A stretch of DNA of 30,051 nucleotides from a virus (Duplodnaviria > Heunggongvirae > Uroviricota > Caudoviricetes), in IMG/VR virus record IMGVR_UViG_3300017691_000005, positions 1 to 30,051 of that record; one strand, written 5' to 3'. Each line of letters opens with the position of its first letter. The first letter of the stretch is position 1. The notes under the pieces were generated by a model. That model ran no database searches. It was not told the origin of the DNA and worked only from the letters and a program-made list of their open reading frames with translations. Both the position numbers and the translations under genes were made by a program. Positions 1-6,621 of the stretch are shown here, piece after piece.

Positions 1-102
1 ACGTCTTTCTATGAAATTAGAGATGACTCTATAGAGTCTTAACTCTATCAATCTCAATCTCTTTATGAAACTGTCATCGCCAGCAACAATTGTTTTATCC
101 AT
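1..102 (-). CDS. Hypothetical protein, partial (runs off the left edge): MDKTIVAGDDSFIKRLRLIELRLYRVISNFIERR...
   Basis: Manually translated; open from ATG 102..100 to base 1. The ATG overlaps the TGA of the upstream minus-strand ORF (TGATG coupling). Not in the ORF track. Confidence 0.6.
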   Translation of the reverse strand, partial: MDKTIVAGDDSFIKRLRLIELRLYRVISNFIERR

Positions 103-311
103 CAGTAACCTCCTTCATAGAAATTAGAACCGAGTTGAACAGTAGTCTTACAAACTAAACATCTTAACATTGGATCATCTTCTTTGTTAATACCCGGATA
201 GAGAGGATATTCATCATTAGGACAGACGGGTGGTGGAATCTCTTCATTCTTAACTTTATCCCACCATCTATGTAAGTAACTCCATTTATTAGTATCTATT
301 TCTTCATTCAT
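102..311 (-). CDS. Small hypothetical protein with a possible metal-binding motif (CPND...CLVC)
   Basis: 69-aa ORF with C-P-x-D and C-x2-C motifs. No SD; a TAAGAT hexamer ends 7 nt before the ATG (possibly leaderless). Confidence 0.7.
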   Translation of the reverse strand: MNEEIDTNKWSYLHRWWDKVKNEEIPPPVCPNDEYPLYPGINKEDDPMLRCLVCKTTVQLGSNFYEGGY

Positions 312-400
312 ATAGTTATCTTACTCATTAATCTTAATAATAAGATAAGAACTTATAACTATAGAACTATAAGGTCTTTACTTATCTTAACTCTTAATTT
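311..400. repeat. AT-rich region with short direct and inverted repeats (TTATCTTA x3, AACTATA x3)
   Basis: TTATCTTA at 316-323 (+), 341-348 (-) and 382-389 (+). TAAGATAAG 341-349 and CTTATCTTA 381-389 form a perfect 9-bp inverted repeat. Confidence 0.5.
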
Positions 401-546
401 TAGACATAGACGTACCCTAAGGGTATAAGCCCTAGAGGTCGCTCACAACAATGTTGCTTAGGGGCTGGATTAGTCATTATGAACCCCGGTTTCCACCACG
501 TAATTACTTGTAGAAGTGAAGCGTGTTACCTGGCTACTTCATCGGG

Positions 547-594
547 AATAAAAAGAACCCCAAGTAGAGGCTCCTACCACTCTACTTGGGGTTC
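547..594 (-). terminator. Intrinsic terminator-like hairpin on the minus strand
   Basis: Perfect 15-bp stem 555-569/580-594, 10-nt loop, followed on the minus strand by UUUUUAUU. Confidence 0.7.
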
Positions 595-646
595 CGTGTT
601 ATTCGTACGAAAGTTCTCAAGGCAAAGAGTAGGAGTCTTACCTTCT
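547..646 (-). ncRNA. Candidate ~100-nt small RNA or attenuated leader with two hairpins bearing complementary loops
   Basis: Lies between a TTGACA-18-TATACT promoter and a 15-bp terminator-like hairpin with U-tract. No ORF. Loops CUCCUAC and (UG)GUAGGAG(C) are reverse complements. Confidence 0.6.
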
Positions 647-652
647 GCGTAT

Positions 653-682
653 AGTATATAAAGAACTATCCATGCCTGTCAA
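653..682 (-). promoter_or_regulatory. Leftward sigma70/SigA-type promoter
   Basis: TTGACA (682..677), 18-nt spacer, TATACT (658..653). Predicted start at A646. Confidence 0.7.
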
Positions 683-683
683 G

Positions 684-692
684 TGCTACACT
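684..692 (+). promoter_or_regulatory. Extended -10 promoter for the glycosyltransferase gene
   Basis: TGc-TACACT; SD AGAAAGGA at 703-710 ahead of ATG 720. The same GTGCTAnACT pattern recurs upstream of nrdH. Confidence 0.5.
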
Positions 693-719
693 GAACTTTT
701 CCAGAAAGGATATTAAACA

Positions 720-1676
720 ATGAGAATAAGTCTCTCAATGCCTGACACGATGATGGTTAGGTCAACCGGTCACGGTGAAGTAGGGTACCAGATGGTACGG
801 TCTTTACAGAAACTAGGAGTAGAGGTTCCCTACAGAGATAAAACGGCCCCTGTGGAAATAAACTACTGCCACCCTCAGGACTGGACGTGGAGTGGAGTTA
901 ATTCGTACAAGATAGGTTATCTAGCCTGGGAGAGCACTGAACCAAAGCAAGGGTGGAGTGAGATTATCAATAACGGCCCTGTCGATGAGATATGGACGCC
1001 TTCACCGCTTGTGACACAGTGGGTCAAGCAATGGACAAAAAAGCCGGTAGAAACTTATGAGCATGGAGTGGACGCATCCGTTTGGACTAAGAGAAAAAGG
1101 CGGGTGGACGATGTTATGCGATTTATTCATCCTGACACTTCTGCTAATCGAAAAAATGCTCCTATTACTGTTGAAGCATTCAAGCAAGTTTTTGGTGACT
1201 CAGATGACTATCGCTTGACGTTAAAACATGTCGGTCATTCTTTGGTTAGAAAGACCGGAGGTAATCTAAAGGACTTGCCGGGGGTTCTTAATATCAATGA
1301 ACTGGCTAGAGTTTATAAATACCATCACGTTCTCGTTACTCCAAGTGCGGGAGAAGGGTTCTTCTTACCAGGACTGCAAGCATTGTCAACTGGAATGCCC
1401 GTTATGCTCACAGACGCTTGGGTTCCTTATAGTAAGTATCTGATCAAAGAACTAAACATTGATTCTCAACTAGTTAATTCTCCTTGGCCCCAAGAACATC
1501 CAGGCAAAGTATTTGAACCAGATTACGATAGTTTAGTAAGTTCTTTTGATTATGTTGCCAATAATTTTGATACGGTCTCATATACCGCACACTCTTTGGC
1601 TAGTCAAGTTCAAGAAGAATATAGTTGGGAAAATGTAACTAAAAGAAGTTGGAAACACATTTTTGAAAGTTTTTAA
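720..1676 (+). CDS. GT-B fold glycosyltransferase (GT4-like)
   Basis: 318 aa. N-terminal TGHGEVG, WES motif, and C-terminal PSAGEGFFLPGLQALSTGMPV matching the EGFGLPxLEA signature. Ends in YSWENV. Confidence 0.85.
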   Translation: MRISLSMPDTMMVRSTGHGEVGYQMVRSLQKLGVEVPYRDKTAPVEINYCHPQDWTWSGVNSYKIGYLAWESTEPKQGWSEIINNGPVDEIWTPSPLVTQWVKQWTKKPVETYEHGVDASVWTKRKRRVDDVMRFIHPDTSANRKNAPITVEAFKQVFGDSDDYRLTLKHVGHSLVRKTGGNLKDLPGVLNINELARVYKYHHVLVTPSAGEGFFLPGLQALSTGMPVMLTDAWVPYSKYLIKELNIDSQLVNSPWPQEHPGKVFEPDYDSLVSSFDYVANNFDTVSYTAHSLASQVQEEYSWENVTKRSWKHIFESF

Positions 1677-1686
1677 GGTTAGGCTT

Positions 1687-1754
1687 TTGACCTCGAATGA
1701 TTACATAAAGTAATTTATTTGTCCTCTTGAACCTAGACGAACAGGTGCTAGACT
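1687..1754 (+). promoter_or_regulatory. Two candidate promoters upstream of nrdH
   Basis: TTGACC(1687-92)-18-TAATTT(1711-16) and TTGAAC(1727-32)-16-TAGACT(1749-54), the latter with a TGc extended -10. Confidence 0.45.
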
Positions 1755-1767
1755 AGACCAAAACACG

Positions 1768-1792
1768 GACCCCCGTCAGGGGGTCTATTTTT
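1768..1792 (+). terminator. Terminator-like hairpin just upstream of the nrdH ribosome-binding site
   Basis: GACCCCC-GTCA-GGGGGTC followed by TATTTTT. Confidence 0.6.
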
Positions 1793-1811
1793 GTCGAAAG
1801 AAGGAATATAT

Positions 1812-2030
1812 ATGGTAGAAGTTTACACAAATTCGGGATGCCAGCCATGCAAGGCCGTGAAGAGATTCCTGAATGGTAACGAAATTAACTTTGTTGAGAA
1901 ATCTATTGCAGATGAAGAGAATCTAAATTACGTCAAGAGTCTGGGGTACAACAGCGTTCCCGTAGTAGTAACTCCTTCTGGTCAACACTGGAACGGCTAT
2001 CAGCCAGATTTACTACAAACTCTTAAATGA
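1812..2030 (+). CDS. nrdH: NrdH-redoxin (glutaredoxin-like)
   Basis: CQPC active site, GY-SVPVV and WNGYQPD (NrdH WSGFRPD-like). Start moved to ATG 1812, which follows SD GAAAGAAGGA. Confidence 0.88.
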   Translation: MVEVYTNSGCQPCKAVKRFLNGNEINFVEKSIADEENLNYVKSLGYNSVPVVVTPSGQHWNGYQPDLLQTLK

Positions 2031-2428
2031 TCGTTTTTTACAGCCTACACGAAAACACCCGCCGGTTTGTGGATAAGTTGGATGTTGAGTCGGTAAGGAT
2101 TCCATCTAATCGAGATCAAAAGATCGTAGTGGACAAGCCTTACATCTTGATCACTCCAACTTATTCCGGGGGCAGACCCCCCAAACCTGTGTCTCAATTC
2201 CTTAATGACAAACAAAACCGTCCTCTCATGGATGGTGTCATTGGGGCAGGTAATCGCGGGTTTGGCCGAGAATTTGCATTAGCAGCAGATGTCATTAGCA
2301 TTAAATGCTCAGTTCCTTTGTTATACAAGTTTGAGATTATGGGAACGACACAAGACGTAAAGAAAATACAAGAAGGGATTGACAAATGGTGGATACAACA
2401 CGCGAAAAGACAAATTACATCCAACTGA
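2027..2428 (+). CDS. nrdI: NrdI flavodoxin (class Ib RNR cofactor assembly)
   Basis: S-x-x-ENTRRFVDKL, LITPTYSGG, GVIGAGNRGFGREFALA and PLLYKFEIMGT are NrdI motifs. ATGA overlap with nrdH. Confidence 0.93.
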   Translation: MIVFYSLHENTRRFVDKLDVESVRIPSNRDQKIVVDKPYILITPTYSGGRPPKPVSQFLNDKQNRPLMDGVIGAGNRGFGREFALAADVISIKCSVPLLYKFEIMGTTQDVKKIQEGIDKWWIQHAKRQITSN

Positions 2429-4512
2429 ATGCCATGGTAAAGCGCTATGACGCTGAGGGCAAGATGCAATTGGATAAAGATAAAGAGGCGGCGAGAGCCT
2501 ATTTCCTCAACCACGTAAACTCAAATACGGTCTTTCATCATGACCTAGAAGAAAAGTTGAATTTTCTATGGGACAATGAATATTACGAAAGAGAACTCTT
2601 TGATCAATACAGTTTTGCTTTTGTTAAAGATCTCTACAAAGCCGCTTACGCAAAAAAGTTTAGATTCCAGTCATTCGCCGGTGCATTTCAGTTTTACAAC
2701 CAATATGCACTGAAGACGTTTGACGGAGAAAGATATCTTGAAAGATACGAAGATCGAATTGTTGCTAACGCCCTCCTACTTGGAGGCGGGGATGAAAAAC
2801 TAGCAACAAAGATCATGGAAGAAGTCATTAGTAACAGGTACCAGCCTGCTACCCCAACATTCCTCAATGCTGGACGTAAGCAACGTGGAAGTTATGTTTC
2901 GTGTTATTTGATTGAAGTTTCGGATGATCTCAACAGCATTGGTAGATCAATTAACTCCGCTTTGCAATTATCTAAGAATGGTGGAGGTGTCGCCCTCAAC
3001 CTTTCTAACTGTAGAGCACTTGGAGATGAAATTAAGGGAATTAAGGGTGCTGCTTCAGGAGTAAGACCTATTGCTAAACTCTACGAAGACTCCTTCTCTT
3101 ATGCCAATCAGTTAGGCGCGCGTCAAGGCGCGGGTGCTGCTTATTTGAGCGCTCATCATTTAGATGTTCTTGACTTCCTCCAAATGAGACGCATCACGGC
3201 GGGCGATGAAAAGAATCGTCTGAAGACTCTTAACATCGGTATTGTTGTTTCTGACATCACTATGGAATTATTCAAGAACAATGAAGACATGTATATGTTC
3301 AGTCCTTATGATGTATCCAAAAAATATGGTATTCCTTTTGCTGACGTCAACATGACTGAGAAGTATCGTGAACTTGTCGATGATCCAAACATCCGTAAGG
3401 AGAAGATCAACGCTAGAGATTTCTGGAAGATTATTGCTCTTACTCAGTCTGAATCAGGCTTGCCATATGTTCTTTTTGAGGACACAGCAAATCGTGGTAA
3501 CCCCATTCCCGGTAAGATCAAGATGAGTAATCTTTGTGTTGAAATTGTCCAAGTTCAAAGAGGTTCAGTTCTTAATGATGATCAAACCTATCAGGACATT
3601 GGTCGAGACATCTCCTGTAACCTCGGGAGCCTAAATGCTGCTCGCATCATGGAGTCAGAAGACTTTGGGGCTGCGATTGACACTGCTATGCGCTCACTTT
3701 CATGGGTTGCCACTCACAGCGACATGACTGTGGTTCCATCGATCAAGGATGGAAACGAGAAAGCCCGCGCTGTTGGTCTAGGTCTTATGAATGTTGCCGG
3801 ATGGTTCGCGGAAAATCATATTCACTATGGATCGCCAGAGGCTGTAGAGGCTGCCGGTGTTCTAGCGAGAACGATCAACTACTATTCTCTTGTCTCTTCA
3901 GCGCAACAGTCTAAGGAAACAGGAGAAGTTTTTGATGGTTTCTGGCAAAGTAAATACGCCACTGGAGAATATTTTGACAAGTATCTAGATTCTGACTATG
4001 AATTTGCGTCAGATAAGGTCAAGAGCATTTTTGCTCATGTCAAAGTTCCTACTGCGAAAGATTGGGAAGCCCTCAAAATTCAAGTTGGTAACCAGGGATT
4101 GTTTAATCAGAACCGTCTAGCCCTTGCTCCAAACGGTTCTAGCGGATATGTCAATCACTCTGTTCCTTCATTCCTCCCAGCAACAAATATTGTTGAAGCA
4201 AGGAATTCAGATGTCATTGGAACTGTTTACTATCCGGCACCTGGCTTGACAGAAGAGACAAGAGAATATTTTAGAGACGGATATCAGGTCGGATGGAAAG
4301 GTGTTATTGACGTTGCGGCGGCATTGCAAGAGCACGTCGATCAATCTCTTTCTACAACTCTTTTCTTCCTCGACGGAGTAACTACTTCTGAGATCAACAA
4401 GGCTTACTACTACGCCTGGAAGAAAGGTCTTAAAACTCTTTATTACATTAGAACAAAGAATGATGCCCTTGCAGAAACTCAAGATAGAGGATGCGTGAGT
4501 TGCGAAGTATGA
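2386..4512 (+). CDS. nrdE: Class Ib ribonucleotide reductase alpha subunit
   Basis: 708 aa, no ATP cone. YQPATPTFLNAG, VSCY, FSYANQLGARQGAG, SNLCVE (N-x-C-x-E), ISCNLGSLN, TLYYIR and a C-terminal CVSC. Confidence 0.97.
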   Translation: MVDTTREKTNYIQLNAMVKRYDAEGKMQLDKDKEAARAYFLNHVNSNTVFHHDLEEKLNFLWDNEYYERELFDQYSFAFVKDLYKAAYAKKFRFQSFAGAFQFYNQYALKTFDGERYLERYEDRIVANALLLGGGDEKLATKIMEEVISNRYQPATPTFLNAGRKQRGSYVSCYLIEVSDDLNSIGRSINSALQLSKNGGGVALNLSNCRALGDEIKGIKGAASGVRPIAKLYEDSFSYANQLGARQGAGAAYLSAHHLDVLDFLQMRRITAGDEKNRLKTLNIGIVVSDITMELFKNNEDMYMFSPYDVSKKYGIPFADVNMTEKYRELVDDPNIRKEKINARDFWKIIALTQSESGLPYVLFEDTANRGNPIPGKIKMSNLCVEIVQVQRGSVLNDDQTYQDIGRDISCNLGSLNAARIMESEDFGAAIDTAMRSLSWVATHSDMTVVPSIKDGNEKARAVGLGLMNVAGWFAENHIHYGSPEAVEAAGVLARTINYYSLVSSAQQSKETGEVFDGFWQSKYATGEYFDKYLDSDYEFASDKVKSIFAHVKVPTAKDWEALKIQVGNQGLFNQNRLALAPNGSSGYVNHSVPSFLPATNIVEARNSDVIGTVYYPAPGLTEETREYFRDGYQVGWKGVIDVAAALQEHVDQSLSTTLFFLDGVTTSEINKAYYYAWKKGLKTLYYIRTKNDALAETQDRGCVSCEV

Positions 4513-5459
4513 TTTTTGAACCTATTAACTGGAATCGTGTTAATGAGACAGATAAGATGGTTTGGGACAAACTGAAGAATCAGATTTGGTACCCGGATGA
4601 ATTTGCGATAACTAATGATGTAAAGAAATGGAAAACATTCAATCGGGAAGAGCGCTGGCTTTTTATGCGTTTGTTCGCTGGCCTAACTCTTCTCGATACA
4701 TTGCAAGCGGAATATGGAGCACCTTCTCTAGAAGTTGATGCTAGAACTAAAGAGGAGAGAGCCGTCTATAAGAACATTGGTTTTATGGAAGAGATTCACG
4801 CTGAGTCTTATTCCTATATGTTCCAAACACTCGGAGCAACTGACGAAATGGACGCTGCCTTTAGATGGGCGGCTGAGAATCCAGAACTTCAGGCTAAGGC
4901 TGCTCTTATTCACAGTTACTACATGGGAGATGACCCGCTTAAGAAGAGAATTGTTTCTACTCTTCTTGAGTCCTTTCTCTTCTTCACGGGGTTCTGGTAT
5001 ATCCTTTATCTCAACGGATACCACCAGAAACTGACAAATTGTGGAGATTGCGTAAGAGCGATCATCAAAGACGAAACAATCCATGGATTTTATATTGGCC
5101 TTAAATTTCAAGACCTGTTTAGTGAATTAGATGCTCAGAAGAAAGAATATTACCAAGATTGGGCATCCGAAAAGGTTGACGAACTTTATGCTATCGAGGT
5201 TAAATATACCCAAGATCTGTTTGATTCATTTGGCCTTACTGAAGATGTCAAGAAGTTCGTTCGATGGAACGGAAACAAGGCTCTACAAAACCTCGGATTC
5301 ACTGCTTTGTTTGTTCACGAAGATCTTGATCCTGTTATTGAGAATCAATTAAACATCGAGGGTGTCACAAAGGACATCTTTACGGGTAAAAGTAATTATT
5401 CAAAGATTAAAGAATCAGCGATTGATGATTCATTCTTTGATGACTTAGATGATATGTAA
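4509..5459 (+). CDS. nrdF: Class Ib ribonucleotide reductase beta subunit
   Basis: INWN start, LTLLDTLQ, FMEEIHAESY (metal ligands and radical Tyr), LLESFLF, DETIH. ATG 4509 overlaps the nrdE stop (ATGA). Confidence 0.96.
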   Translation: MIFEPINWNRVNETDKMVWDKLKNQIWYPDEFAITNDVKKWKTFNREERWLFMRLFAGLTLLDTLQAEYGAPSLEVDARTKEERAVYKNIGFMEEIHAESYSYMFQTLGATDEMDAAFRWAAENPELQAKAALIHSYYMGDDPLKKRIVSTLLESFLFFTGFWYILYLNGYHQKLTNCGDCVRAIIKDETIHGFYIGLKFQDLFSELDAQKKEYYQDWASEKVDELYAIEVKYTQDLFDSFGLTEDVKKFVRWNGNKALQNLGFTALFVHEDLDPVIENQLNIEGVTKDIFTGKSNYSKIKESAIDDSFFDDLDDM

Positions 5460-5469
5460 ATAGTTAATA

Positions 5470-5503
5470 ACAAAACCCCCACCATTCCCGGTGGGGGTTT
5501 TGT
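5470..5503. terminator. Intrinsic terminator after nrdF (possibly bidirectional)
   Basis: ACAAAACCCCCACC / GGTGGGGGTTTTGT inverted repeat with a 6-nt loop. Confidence 0.85.
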
Positions 5504-5527
5504 GTTATAAGAATAAAGTTTTACTAT
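5500..5527 (+). promoter_or_regulatory. Candidate promoter for a leaderless transcript starting at ATG 5534
   Basis: TTGTGT-16-TACTAT; the A of ATG lies 7 nt after the -10. The -35 overlaps the terminator T-tract. Confidence 0.45.
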
Positions 5528-5533
5528 ATTTGT

Positions 5534-5659
5534 ATGGGTAAAACATTCGTAAGCGAAACAGATAACGAAGAATATGAAGTCATCGACCCTGATGATTTCG
5601 ACAACTTTGACGAAGTAGATTCGACAACTGTTGACAGCGCGAAAGGTGCTCCTGCTTGA
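5534..5659 (+). CDS. 41-aa acidic peptide: MGKTFVSETDNEEYEVIDPDDFDNFDEVDSTTVDSAKGAPA
   Basis: Manually translated; below the ORF-track cutoff. Fills the gap between terminator and lysin, and its TGA overlaps the endolysin ATG (TGATG). Confidence 0.65.
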   Translation: MGKTFVSETDNEEYEVIDPDDFDNFDEVDSTTVDSAKGAPA

Positions 5660-6603
5660 TGGCTAAAAGCCAAAACGGTTGGAGTGCTAACGATCGTTCT
5701 GTAATTGCGTCATACTCACTACCCGGCGGTAAAGTATCACTAAGAAAAGGTGATGTTTCCGTAATTCTTCTCCATGCTGCAAATAGATGGCATAACGAAG
5801 TTGGTAAATTAGAGTGGCCGGGAATTTGGGGGTATGCCGAAAGACCTATTAGGGGTTCTACCACAACCCTTTCTAATCACGCTTCAGGTACAGCAATAGA
5901 CTGTAATGCGCCTAAACACCCATTGGGCGTACCGATTAGCAAATGCTTTACCGCAGCGCAAATAAAAAAGATAAGAGAAATTGTAAAATATTACGAAGGT
6001 GTTATTCGCTGGGGTGGAGAATACTCTCGTCCTGATGGTATGCACCTTGAAATCAACAAAGGTGCAAGTGAAGTTAAACGAATAGCAGACAAAATTCGTA
6101 ATGACATGTTCAATGCGACTGTCAAAGGTACTGTAGGAACTAATGCTAGTACTAAAAACAGTACTGATAAAAGAGTTCCTGATACATTACCAGTAATCCG
6201 TCAGGGAGATAAAAGCCCCTGGGTCGGTTTAATGCAGAAGGCTTTGAACTTCAACTCAAAAGATATTGATGAGAATTTTGGACCAGGTACAAAGACAGCC
6301 CTTGTGGCTCACCAAACAGCATCCAAAATAGGCCCTGATGGAGTTTGCGGGCAATTGAGTTGGGCGTCCCTCATTTCTAGATGGGGAGACTTGCAAATAG
6401 GCTCTAAAAACCCTGGTGTCGAGATTGTTCAGAACTTTGTTGGTTTTAGAGGTAAAGAATGTGATGGCGATTTTGGTCCTGCGACAAAGGCTAGAGTCCA
6501 AGCCGTTCAAAGATGGGCCGGTCTAAGTGATGATGGTGTTGTTGGAAATGACACCAGAAAAGCATTTGCCGGACTAGTAAAACCTTTGACAACTTCAGCC
6601 TAA
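5659..6603 (+). CDS. Endolysin: N-terminal M15-family Zn peptidase plus two PGBD-like cell-wall binding domains
   Basis: SNHASGTAID and DGMH peptidase motifs. Two repeats of the L-x-x-G...V-x-x-x-Q...DG-x-FGP-x-T...Q...DGVxG type. Confidence 0.92.
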   Translation: MAKSQNGWSANDRSVIASYSLPGGKVSLRKGDVSVILLHAANRWHNEVGKLEWPGIWGYAERPIRGSTTTLSNHASGTAIDCNAPKHPLGVPISKCFTAAQIKKIREIVKYYEGVIRWGGEYSRPDGMHLEINKGASEVKRIADKIRNDMFNATVKGTVGTNASTKNSTDKRVPDTLPVIRQGDKSPWVGLMQKALNFNSKDIDENFGPGTKTALVAHQTASKIGPDGVCGQLSWASLISRWGDLQIGSKNPGVEIVQNFVGFRGKECDGDFGPATKARVQAVQRWAGLSDDGVVGNDTRKAFAGLVKPLTTSA

Positions 6604-6615
6604 TAGTTATACAAT
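6586..6615 (+). promoter_or_regulatory. Strong sigma70/SigA-type promoter overlapping the endolysin 3' end
   Basis: TTGACA(6586-91)-18-TACAAT(6610-15). Predicted start at A6622. Confidence 0.7.
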
Positions 6616-6621
6616 ATCCAT

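Noticed and set aside
25-38. 14-bp perfect palindrome GACTCTATAGAGTC
   Set aside because: Single copy inside a probable CDS, with no supporting context.
411-475. Resemblance of AGCCCCTAAGC / TAGGGCT to a pistol ribozyme
   Set aside because: The elements are in the wrong order and the remaining core was not found. A cmscan would settle it.
479-661. 60-aa plus-strand ORF in the divergent intergenic region
   Set aside because: No SD or plus-strand promoter, no protein-like motif, and it overlaps hairpins better explained as minus-strand RNA.
1720-1770. NrdR box upstream of nrdH
   Set aside because: No convincing match to the acaCwAtATaTwGtg-type palindrome by eye.
4509-5459. Metal-free class Ie NrdF suggested by the Lys in KDE
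   Set aside because: All six metal ligands (D, E, H, E, E, H) and the radical Tyr are present. The Lys replaces the preceding Arg, not the Glu ligand.
2386-5459. Introns, inteins or homing endonucleases in the nrd genes
   Set aside because: Both ORFs are uninterrupted and of normal length.
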